The notes below the pieces were generated by a model. The model did not search any database, had not been told where the DNA came from, and was given only the letters and a program-made list of their open reading frames with translations. The position numbers and the translations under genes are program-made. A stretch of DNA of 64,000 bases from Flavobacteriales bacterium (lineage in GTDB: Bacteria; Bacteroidota; Bacteroidia; Flavobacteriales_D; CAJJDF01), in the NCBI GenBank assembly GCA_965655625.1, contig CBFHHA010000007.1, positions 11,844 to 75,843 on the forward strand. The letters run 5' to 3'. Position 1 is the first letter of the stretch, and every line of letters starts with the position of its first letter. Positions 26,186-34,184 of the stretch are shown here, in pieces.

Positions 26186-27983
26186 AAGAATAAAATTAGA
26201 TAAACAAACCATCAAAAAAGCTTCCACATTTTTTCGATTCATAAAACCGTATAAATTAGCCTTTATTTTGGGAATGATATTTTTGTTCCTTTCCAGCGCA
26301 ACAGCGATGTTGTTTCCTTATTTGATGGGACAATTGATTGGAAAAGATTCAACTAATGGAATTCCTTCTGTTACCGATTCTATACCTGAACCCTCACAAT
26401 CGTTTGATTTAAATGTAACTTCTACTTTAATTACTGTGATGATTTTAGTGTTTGGGGCTCAAGCTATTTTTTCTTTTTTCAGAGTCTATTTGTTTGGATA
26501 CTTTACTGCTAACGCCCTCAAGGATTTACGTGTTGCCGCTTTTTCTGTGCTTATCGCTTCACCGCTCCATTTTTTTAATAAAAACAAAGTAGGGGAGTTA
26601 ACAAGTCGAATTTCTAACGATATCGAACAACTGAGAGAAACGTTAAATACAGTGCTGGCTTCGTTTATCAGACAACTAATTACTGTGGTGGTAAGTTTGA
26701 TAGCTTTGTTTATCATGTCGCCCAAATTGTGTTTTATCATGCTGGCAGTAGTCCCGGTGGTGGCAATTGTGGCCGTAGTTTTTGGTCGATTTGTGAAGAA
26801 AGTGGCCAAAGAAACTCAAGATGCTTCGGCTGAATCCAATTCAGTGTTGGAAGAAAGTATGATGGGAATTACCAACGTGAAAGCCTTTGCCAATGAGTTT
26901 TTTGAGATAATTCGCTATGGTAAAAAAGTAGAAGAAGTGAAAGACAAAACCATGCGCATTGTTTTTTGGCGAGGACTTTTTATCACGTTCATTATTTTTT
27001 GCATGTTTGGTTCCATTGTATTTGTGATTTATCAAGGAAAATTGATGGTAGATACTGGGGAAATGAGCAACAAGAATTTCATTAGTTTTATTCTCTACAC
27101 CATTTTTGTGGGTGGTGCAATTAGTAGTTTGCCCGAGTTGTTTTCAAGTGTTCAAAAATCTATTGGATCTACCGAAAAGTTGATGGCTATTTTGGATGGA
27201 GATATCGAAAATTTGGCGTTGAGTAAAATTGATAATCCATTAAACTTAAAAGGGGATGTGACTATTAATAACCTCTATTTTTCATACGATACTCGTCCCG
27301 ATGTAGAGGTCTTGAAAGGAGTTTCTGTGACAATAAAAGCCGGTCAACAAATAGCTTTAGTCGGTTCTTCAGGTTCTGGTAAGTCCACGCTTTCGGCCTT
27401 GTTGTTGCAATTTTACCAACCCAATTCGGGAGAGATTTTATTTGATGGAAAACCTGCTAATCAATACGATTTGAGCAAATTGCGTAATGAAATGTCGATC
27501 GTTCCACAAGAAGTAATTCTGTTTGGAGGAAGTATTAAAGAAAATATTGCCTACGGAGATTTGGAAGCAACTGACGAGGAAATTATAGAAGCAGCAAAAG
27601 GTGCAAATGCACATGAGTTTATTCTGAATTTTCCTGATGGGTATGAGACGTATGTTGGAGATAGAGGGATTCAACTATCTGGTGGACAGAAACAAAGAGT
27701 GGCCATTGCCCGGGCAATTCTCAAAAATCCTTCTATTTTAATTTTGGATGAAGCCACAAGTTCTCTTGATTCTGAAAGTGAAATGCTCGTACAAGAAGCA
27801 TTGGATAGACTGATGAAAGGACGAACTTCGTTGGTTATTGCTCACCGATTATCGACTATTAAAAACTCAGATAAAATTATTGTGCTAGAAAATGGAAATA
27901 GTGTAGAATCGGGAAAACATGAAGACTTGGTTTTATTAGAGAACGGTGTGTACAGGAATTTAAGTGAAATACAGTACAGGTAA
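26172..27983 (+). CDS. ABC transporter, fused permease/ATPase (MsbA-like exporter)
   Basis: Six-TM N-terminal half. Walker A GSSGSGKST, signature LSGGQKQR, Walker B ILILDEATS. Overlaps the upstream gene by 14 nt. Confidence 0.9.
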   Translation: MARAERIKLDKQTIKKASTFFRFIKPYKLAFILGMIFLFLSSATAMLFPYLMGQLIGKDSTNGIPSVTDSIPEPSQSFDLNVTSTLITVMILVFGAQAIFSFFRVYLFGYFTANALKDLRVAAFSVLIASPLHFFNKNKVGELTSRISNDIEQLRETLNTVLASFIRQLITVVVSLIALFIMSPKLCFIMLAVVPVVAIVAVVFGRFVKKVAKETQDASAESNSVLEESMMGITNVKAFANEFFEIIRYGKKVEEVKDKTMRIVFWRGLFITFIIFCMFGSIVFVIYQGKLMVDTGEMSNKNFISFILYTIFVGGAISSLPELFSSVQKSIGSTEKLMAILDGDIENLALSKIDNPLNLKGDVTINNLYFSYDTRPDVEVLKGVSVTIKAGQQIALVGSSGSGKSTLSALLLQFYQPNSGEILFDGKPANQYDLSKLRNEMSIVPQEVILFGGSIKENIAYGDLEATDEEIIEAAKGANAHEFILNFPDGYETYVGDRGIQLSGGQKQRVAIARAILKNPSILILDEATSSLDSESEMLVQEALDRLMKGRTSLVIAHRLSTIKNSDKIIVLENGNSVESGKHEDLVLLENGVYRNLSEIQYR

Positions 27984-28006
27984 ACCAGAACTGTTTAATA
28001 AAAACA

Positions 28007-28057
28007 CTTCGTCTCCGCTCAGTGTGACTTTTAGAGTCTGTTTGAGCGGAGAGGAAG
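28007..28057 (+). other. GC-rich stem-loop in the ABC/GNAT spacer (10+4 bp stem, 21-nt loop, no U-tract)
   Basis: cttc-g-tctccgctca ... tgagcggaga-g-gaag, read directly from the sequence. Confidence 0.6.
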
Positions 28058-28076
28058 ACAAAAATGAGAATAAACC

Positions 28077-28601
28077 ATGCTAAATGGACAAAATATCTAC
28101 CTAAGAACCATCGAACCGAGTGATGCGGCAATCATGCTTCAATGGGAAAATAATCCCGAAAACTGGGCTGTGAGTAATACGTTAGTTCCTTTTTCGGAGC
28201 ATTTAATTTTGCACTATGTAAACTCGGCTCAAGATATTTTTGAAACCAAACAATTGCGTTTCATTATTTGTTTGAAAGAGAACGACAAACCTATTGGAAC
28301 GATTGATTTGTTTGAATACGATCCTCTTCACCGAAAAGCTGGTGTAGGAGTTTTGATTGATGAAATATCTGAACGAAACAAAGGCTATGCAAACGAAGCG
28401 GTGAAATTGATGATAAAATACGGTTTTAATAGGTTGGATTTACACCAATTTTTTTGTCACATATTTGAATCTAATGAACACAGCATCAAACTATTTGAGA
28501 AAAATGGATTTGAAAAAACTGGAGTGAAAAAAGACTGGGTAAGAATCGAAGGAAAATGGGAAACAGAAGTGTTTTATCAATTGATTAATAAAGCGGACTA
28601 A
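28077..28601 (+). CDS. GNAT-family N-acetyltransferase (RimJ/RimL-like)
   Basis: 174 aa with the acetyl-CoA binding region RNKGYANEAVKLMIKYGF. Confidence 0.7.
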   Translation: MLNGQNIYLRTIEPSDAAIMLQWENNPENWAVSNTLVPFSEHLILHYVNSAQDIFETKQLRFIICLKENDKPIGTIDLFEYDPLHRKAGVGVLIDEISERNKGYANEAVKLMIKYGFNRLDLHQFFCHIFESNEHSIKLFEKNGFEKTGVKKDWVRIEGKWETEVFYQLINKAD

Positions 28602-29525
28602 ATGGAATTATTAAAAGAACTGTGTGGAATTCATGCCCCATCTGGGAATGAAATTAAAATGACTGATTTTTTGTTGAACTACATAGAAAAGAATAAATCA
28701 TCATGGAAAGTTCGGCCAGAGATTTTCTATGGAGATGGGTTTCAGGATTGTATTATGCTAAAATTTGGGAAACCAACAACAGCTATTTTTGCCCATATAG
28801 ATTCCATTGGGTTTACCGTTAAGTACAACAAAGAAATTGTGAAAATTGGTGGCCCAAGAACTATAGAAGGAACTAAATTGGTTGGAAAGGATTCAAAAGG
28901 TGATATAGAATGTGAACTGATTATTATAGAAGATGAGAAGGGAAGAGAACACTACGAATATGTGTGCGACAGAGAAATAGACCGAGGAACAGATTTAGTT
29001 TTCAAACGAGAATTTATTGAAACTGATTCTCACGTACAATCGTGCTATATGGATAACAGATTGGGAGTTTGGAATGCGCTACAAGTTGCCGAAACGCTCG
29101 AAAATGGAGTGATTTGTTTTTCTTGTTGGGAAGAGCATGGAGGAGGTTCAGTGGGTTATTTAGCAAAACATATGTTCGAAAATTGGGGGGTGAAACAAGC
29201 ATTGATTTCGGATATTACATGGATTACAGAGGGAGTTGTAGATGGAGGAGGAGTTGCTATTTCTACGAGAGATTCTGGAATCCCAAGAAGAAGTTATATC
29301 AACCGAATTAGAGCTTTAGCAGAAGAAAGCGGAGTGAGCTATCAACTAGAAGTTGAAAACGCAGGAGGAAGTGACGGTAATGCTTTACAAAAATCTCCTT
29401 ATCCATTCGATTGGTGTTTTATTGGAGCGGCTGAGCACAATGTTCATTCACCAACCGAAAAAGTCAATAAAGCAGATATTGTGGAAATGGTGAAGTTGTA
29501 TGAGTATTTGATGAGGAAATTGTAA
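28602..29525 (+). CDS. M42-like metallopeptidase family protein (short form)
   Basis: N-terminus MELLKELCGIHAPSGNE is typical of M42/FrvX-type aminopeptidases, followed by AHIDSIGF. At 307 aa it is shorter than canonical members. Confidence 0.5.
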   Translation: MELLKELCGIHAPSGNEIKMTDFLLNYIEKNKSSWKVRPEIFYGDGFQDCIMLKFGKPTTAIFAHIDSIGFTVKYNKEIVKIGGPRTIEGTKLVGKDSKGDIECELIIIEDEKGREHYEYVCDREIDRGTDLVFKREFIETDSHVQSCYMDNRLGVWNALQVAETLENGVICFSCWEEHGGGSVGYLAKHMFENWGVKQALISDITWITEGVVDGGGVAISTRDSGIPRRSYINRIRALAEESGVSYQLEVENAGGSDGNALQKSPYPFDWCFIGAAEHNVHSPTEKVNKADIVEMVKLYEYLMRKL

Positions 29526-29630
29526 TAGGAACTTTCATTAAAAATTTTTCCCTCCTTGAGAGCCTGTCCGACTTTTCGGGAAGGGTTAGAGAAGTGACTA
29601 TTTTCATCAGAATGGATAAATTTTGCTCTT

Positions 29631-30410
29631 CTACCCATTCAAAGCCTCTCTAACAGCTATACATTTTGTCAAAATCCCTTCCAATTTATCCAACTGTAGC
29701 ATTGTGTGAGGATCACTTTTGGCTTCACTCGGGTTGGGGTGAACTTCCATAAAAAATCCATCGGCTCCGGTAGCAATAGCCGACAAAGCAATAGATTCAA
29801 TCAGTGTTGGGTCACCACCTGTGACTCCTTCCGTTTTATTTGGTTTTTGAACGGAATGAGTGCAATCCATAATCACTGGAGCTCCTAACTTTTTCATTCT
29901 ATGAATTGCGGTAGCGTCTACAATCAAATCCGAGTAACCAAACGTAGTTCCTCTTTCGCATAGCCAAACATTTTTATTTCCCGTAGAAAGCACTTTTTCT
30001 AAAGGAAATACCATTGCCTCTGGCGACAAAAACTGTCCTTTTTTAATGTTTACTCCACATCCAGAATTTCCGGCTGCAAGCAATAATTCTGTTTGCCTGC
30101 ACAAAAAAGCCGGAATTTGTAAATGGTCTACAAATTTTGCCACATGTTCTACTTCATGACTTTCGTGCACATCTGTAATCGTGGGCACTCTTAAATCTTT
30201 CCCTATTTGTTTCAAAATATTCAAAGCGACATCGTCTCCAATTCCCGTAAAACTATCAAGTTTGGAACGGTTGGCTTTTCGATAACTTCCCTTGAAGATA
30301 AAATCGATATCCAGTTTTTCGCAAATTCGTTTTACTTCTTTACCAATTTTAAAAGGAATGATATCGTCTTCAATGGCACAAGGTCCAGCTATTAGCGTAA
30401 ATTTTTTCAT
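29631..30410 (-). CDS. kdsA: 3-deoxy-8-phosphooctulonate (KDO8P) synthase
   Basis: IAGPCAIE (metal-dependent class), KGSYRKANRS, LQIPAFLCRQTELL and DCTHSVQ. Confidence 0.92.
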   Translation of the reverse strand: MKKFTLIAGPCAIEDDIIPFKIGKEVKRICEKLDIDFIFKGSYRKANRSKLDSFTGIGDDVALNILKQIGKDLRVPTITDVHESHEVEHVAKFVDHLQIPAFLCRQTELLLAAGNSGCGVNIKKGQFLSPEAMVFPLEKVLSTGNKNVWLCERGTTFGYSDLIVDATAIHRMKKLGAPVIMDCTHSVQKPNKTEGVTGGDPTLIESIALSAIATGADGFFMEVHPNPSEAKSDPHTMLQLDKLEGILTKCIAVREALNG

Positions 30411-30424
30411 ATTATTTTAATTCT

Positions 30425-30529
30425 GAACCCTGAGGTTTTGAGTTAACTCAAAATATCTCGAAGGGTGGGTTTGTTTATTCTAAGTCACCCTTCGAGACAA
30501 TTTTTCGGTAGAAAAATTCCTCAGGGTTC
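30425..30529. other. 105-nt nested perfect inverted-repeat element predicted to form a four-way junction; candidate structured RNA or miniature palindromic element
   Basis: Outer stem gaaccctgagg/cctcagggttc (11 bp) encloses three hairpins. These are ttttgagtt|aactcaaaa (30436-53), tctcgaagggtg/cacccttcgaga (30456-67 / 30486-97, 18-nt loop) and aatttttc-ggta-gaaaaatt (30499-518). No mismatch or G-U pair occurs anywhere. Confidence 0.8.
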
Positions 30530-30538
30530 GATTATCAA

Positions 30539-31141
30539 TTATTTCTCTTCTCCTCTCGCTTTACTTCCCAGATATCCACTATGATGCCTAAGCGCATATT
30601 GTTCTTTTGTAAAACCAATTCTTTTCATCAGCAGTACAATAATTATATCTCCAATAACTGTCATTGCAGTAGTAGAAGTGGTAGGCGCAAGCCCCAGCGG
30701 ACACACTTCTTTGGGAGCACCTGTGTATAGTGAAACATCACTGAATTGTGCTAAATCACCTTCTAGGTTGCCGGTTAGCCCAATGATTTTAATCTCCGGA
30801 AATAATCTTTTTACCAAGGTTTCAAGCTCAACAATTTCTCTTGTTTTTCCAGAATTAGAGATCAAGAACAAGATGTCATTTTTTTGAACAATTCCTAAAT
30901 CTCCATGCTGAGATTCGCTCGGATGCAGAAATACCGCAGGGGTTCCAGTAGACGCAAGAGTTGTGGCAATATTTACACCAATTTGACCTGCTTTTCCCAT
31001 TCCACTTATCACCACTTTTCCACCTTTTTGGTGAACTTGCTCTTCGATTAGAGCAACAGCTTGTTCAAAGTTTTTATTTACCACCAAATTCTGCAGCGCT
31101 TTTACTTCACTGTTGATAATTTCTTGGATTTCATCTTTCAT
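30539..31141 (-). CDS. SIS-domain sugar isomerase, single-domain arabinose-5-phosphate isomerase (KdsD/KpsF-like, no CBS pair)
   Basis: GMGKAGQIG and SNSGKT SIS motifs. It is 200 aa and lies directly upstream of kdsA on the same strand. Confidence 0.75.
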   Translation of the reverse strand: MKDEIQEIINSEVKALQNLVVNKNFEQAVALIEEQVHQKGGKVVISGMGKAGQIGVNIATTLASTGTPAVFLHPSESQHGDLGIVQKNDILFLISNSGKTREIVELETLVKRLFPEIKIIGLTGNLEGDLAQFSDVSLYTGAPKEVCPLGLAPTTSTTAMTVIGDIIIVLLMKRIGFTKEQYALRHHSGYLGSKARGEEK

Positions 31142-31783
31142 ACTTCAATTAAATTTCGCTCAAAGATAAGGAAATCTGGCAAGAATATAGAGTTTGAATT
31201 GTTAGTTTAAAGCTGATTCTAATTTTTAGATATTTTACAATGCCAATTGTGTATTGAATAGTTCTGATTTCTAATTCGAAACATGTTTTGTCAGAACTAT
31301 TTTATAACAAGAAGGCTCATTGTGGTCGTCCAGAACTAAAGCGATTCTAGCTTGAAGTTGACCTAAAGAATCGCACTGCTTCGTGTTAATAATATGGGAA
31401 TATGAGATTCTGATTAGTACGATAATTTATGTTAATATTTGATTACACAGCCAATCTATTAGTTAAAGGAGGATAAAAGTTTTTTCTCTCTATCTGTAAA
31501 GACCATGTTTGCTGTATAATATCCAAACTGCGATGGCAATTACTCCAGAGCGATTTGCAATTAAGGTGAAATTATTTCACTTTATATAACTTCCAGAAGT
31601 ATCTGTGTATTTTATCAAGCCTTTTCTTGAATCTCTTTATGAGATTTTTTTTGCAACTGGTCAACCAACGATTTTCAATGATGCAAACTTCCTTAATCAC
31701 TCCAAAGTTTCAAACTAAGGTCGTCCTCGTTAACAAGGACATTCATTTCTTTTTTTTGTATTTTTATGTAAAACTGAATACCT

Positions 31784-32632
31784 ATGATAACTCAATCTAT
31801 TTCACACACAATCTTAATAGAGGGTAGCAATTCGCGCCCGATAACAATAGATTTGTCTCTGTGCAAAAGCCAAAAAGAAAAGTTGCCTGTTGTAATTTTT
31901 TGTCATGGATACAAAGGATTCAAAGATTGGGGGTGCTGGAATTTGGTGGCCGATTTTTTTACTCAAAACGGGTTTCATTTTTTAAAGTTCAATTTTTCTC
32001 ACAATGGAGTTACCCCTGAAAATCCCATTGATTTTGCTGATTTGGAGGCATTTGGAAATAACAATTACACCAAAGAATTGGCAGATTTAGATTTTGTATT
32101 GAATTGGCTGGAAACAGATTGCAAAGAGAAAGATCAAATTGAGCTGAACTCTATTTACGCAATTGGACACAGCCGAGGAGGTGGAATCGTAAGTTTGGCA
32201 ACTGCCAAAGATTCTCGTATTAAAAAAACAATAACGTGGGCGAGTGTCTTTGATCTTACGGAAAGACTACCAAAAAACATTTCGGAATGGAAACAAGCCG
32301 GAGTGATTCATGAGTTAAATGGGAGAACAGAACAGGAAATGCCACTTTACTTTCAGTTTTTTGAGAATACCGAAATGAATAAGAAAGAGTTGTCAATTGC
32401 TCATCAGGGTAAGAAAATTAACACCCCATTTTGTATCATTCACGGAGCCGAAGATAAGGCGGTGGATTACGAAGATGCCACAAAACTACATGAGGTCATT
32501 CCCACCTCTGAACTCATCATAATGGAGCATGCTGGCCATACATTTGGGAGTTCTCATCCATGGGATAACTCTGAGCTCCCCCAAGATTTAATACAGATTG
32601 TGGAAGAATCTTTGTTGTTTCTAAAAGGCTAA
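31784..32632 (+). CDS. Alpha/beta hydrolase
   Basis: Nucleophile elbow GHSRGG; C-terminal IHGAEDKAV and HAGHTF. Confidence 0.6.
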   Translation: MITQSISHTILIEGSNSRPITIDLSLCKSQKEKLPVVIFCHGYKGFKDWGCWNLVADFFTQNGFHFLKFNFSHNGVTPENPIDFADLEAFGNNNYTKELADLDFVLNWLETDCKEKDQIELNSIYAIGHSRGGGIVSLATAKDSRIKKTITWASVFDLTERLPKNISEWKQAGVIHELNGRTEQEMPLYFQFFENTEMNKKELSIAHQGKKINTPFCIIHGAEDKAVDYEDATKLHEVIPTSELIIMEHAGHTFGSSHPWDNSELPQDLIQIVEESLLFLKG

Positions 32633-32692
32633 TCTTTTATTTTTACCAAATCAGACTCGCTTGATACTGTGCAGTTGAATAGAGTGATGCAC

Positions 32693-33544
32693 CTAATTAA
32701 TAGGTGTGCTGTTCTTTTTATTATCGATGAGTTTAGTGTAAAGAATGATAGTTTCTTTTGCTTCTTTTACATCGTGTACACGCAAAATATTTGCCCCTCC
32801 CAAAAGAGCAAAACTGTGCAAAGCGGTACTGCCGTTTAATGCTTCGGCTGGAGAAATATTTAATACTTTGTGAATCATTGATTTTCTGGAAACTCCAATC
32901 AATATAGGGAGGTTTAACAACGAAAAATGAGAAAGGTTATGCAGTAATTCGTAATTGTGTTCAATTGTTTTTCCGAATCCAAACCCTGGATCTACTAAGA
33001 TATCATGTACCCCAAGCGTTTTCAATTCTTCCACTTTTGCTGCGAGAGAATAAAACACTTCGGTAACCACATTTTCGTAGGTTGGTTTGTTCTGCATGTT
33101 TTGCGGATTTCCTCGCATGTGCATGAGGCAATAAGGCACTTGCAATTCTCGCACAGTGGCAAACATGTTCGCATCTAATTCTCCGGCCGAAATATCATTA
33201 ATCATTGCGGCTCCTGCCTTTATTGCAGCCCGAGCAACTTTGCTGCGAAAGGTATCTACAGAAATTATGGTTTGTGGAAAATTGGAAAGAATCAATCCTA
33301 TCGCAGGAACCACTCTATTTAGTTCTTCCTCCTCACTTACTTCGGCTGCTCCTGGTTTTGAAGAATACCCACCAATATCCAAAATAGTCGCTCCCTCTTT
33401 TATCATGCTGGATGCTTGCTGGAGTATTTTTTCTTCTGTTTCTAAGGTTCCACCATCGTAAAACGAATCGGGAGTGACATTTAAAATTCCCATAACAATT
33501 GGGGAATCAAGATTTAATAATTTACCTTTACAATTAATTGTCAT
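32693..33544 (-). CDS. folP: Dihydropteroate synthase
   Basis: GILNVTPDSFYDGG, DIGGYSSKPGA and MINDISAG motifs. Confidence 0.93.
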   Translation of the reverse strand: MTINCKGKLLNLDSPIVMGILNVTPDSFYDGGTLETEEKILQQASSMIKEGATILDIGGYSSKPGAAEVSEEEELNRVVPAIGLILSNFPQTIISVDTFRSKVARAAIKAGAAMINDISAGELDANMFATVRELQVPYCLMHMRGNPQNMQNKPTYENVVTEVFYSLAAKVEELKTLGVHDILVDPGFGFGKTIEHNYELLHNLSHFSLLNLPILIGVSRKSMIHKVLNISPAEALNGSTALHSFALLGGANILRVHDVKEAKETIILYTKLIDNKKNSTPIN

Positions 33545-33564
33545 ACAAAATTTATAGAGTTAAC

Positions 33565-34110
33565 ATGAGTAATACTTCACAGCAATACGACACAATAATA
33601 AGTAAATGCGAAGATATATTTAGCAAAAAAACGAAAGATTATGGAACTGCTTGGAGAATTTTAAGAACGAGTTCGCTTACAGATCAAATTTTTATAAAAG
33701 CTCAACGAATAAGAACTCTAGAAGAAAAAGGTGTAAGCAAAGTAGGAGAAGGAATTGAAGACGAATTTATCGGAATAATAAACTATTGTGTGATGGCAAT
33801 TATTCAATTGGAACTGAAAGATAATTCGCAATTGGAATTAGCTACTGAGGTAGCTAGTAATTTGTACAAAAAATACTTTTTGGAGGCAAAATCATTGATG
33901 GAGAAAAAAAATCATGATTACGGTGAAGCTTGGCGAGATATGAGGGTTTCATCCTTCACTGATTTGATTTTAATGAAATTACTTCGTGTAAAACAAATTG
34001 AAGACAACAAGGGAGAAACTATCATGAGCGAAGGGATTGACGCCAACTACTACGACATGATTAATTATTCTGTATTTGCCTTGATTCAAATGACCGAAGA
34101 AGCTCAATAG
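33565..34110 (+). CDS. DUF1599-like protein with an internal tandem duplication
   Basis: Two ~65-aa repeats, KKTKDYGTAWRILRTSSLTDQIFIKAQRIR... and KKNHDYGEAWRDMRVSSFTDLILMKLLRVK.... ATG 33565 is preferred over the track's TTG 33538. Divergent from folP. Confidence 0.55.
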   Translation: MSNTSQQYDTIISKCEDIFSKKTKDYGTAWRILRTSSLTDQIFIKAQRIRTLEEKGVSKVGEGIEDEFIGIINYCVMAIIQLELKDNSQLELATEVASNLYKKYFLEAKSLMEKKNHDYGEAWRDMRVSSFTDLILMKLLRVKQIEDNKGETIMSEGIDANYYDMINYSVFALIQMTEEAQ

Positions 34111-34184
34111 TCCATTATCTAATTGTTAACGATTCTCAAAAAAGAGAGGATTTTACTATTTTAGTTAAATTTTTATCCAATATT

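Noticed and set aside
29541-29600. Possible degenerate copy of the 30425-30529 element in the M42/kdsA convergent spacer. Shared words include tcg(gg)aagggt and aagt(g/c)ac, so kdsA would be flanked by related repeats.
   Set aside because: The similarity is limited to a few short words, is partly circularly permuted, and cannot be distinguished from chance by eye. The region only forms a weak 5-6 bp stem and needs a proper alignment.
31466-31512. Shine-Dalgarno-like aaggagg followed by an ATG
   Set aside because: The ATG opens only a 4-codon ORF (atg ttt gct gta taa), and Bacteroidota generally do not rely on SD sequences.
31627-31827. 66-aa ORF in the long intergenic region, overlapping the start of the alpha/beta hydrolase gene
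   Set aside because: Low-complexity Phe/Leu/Asn-rich translation with no motifs, and it overlaps a better-supported gene. It is treated as non-coding.
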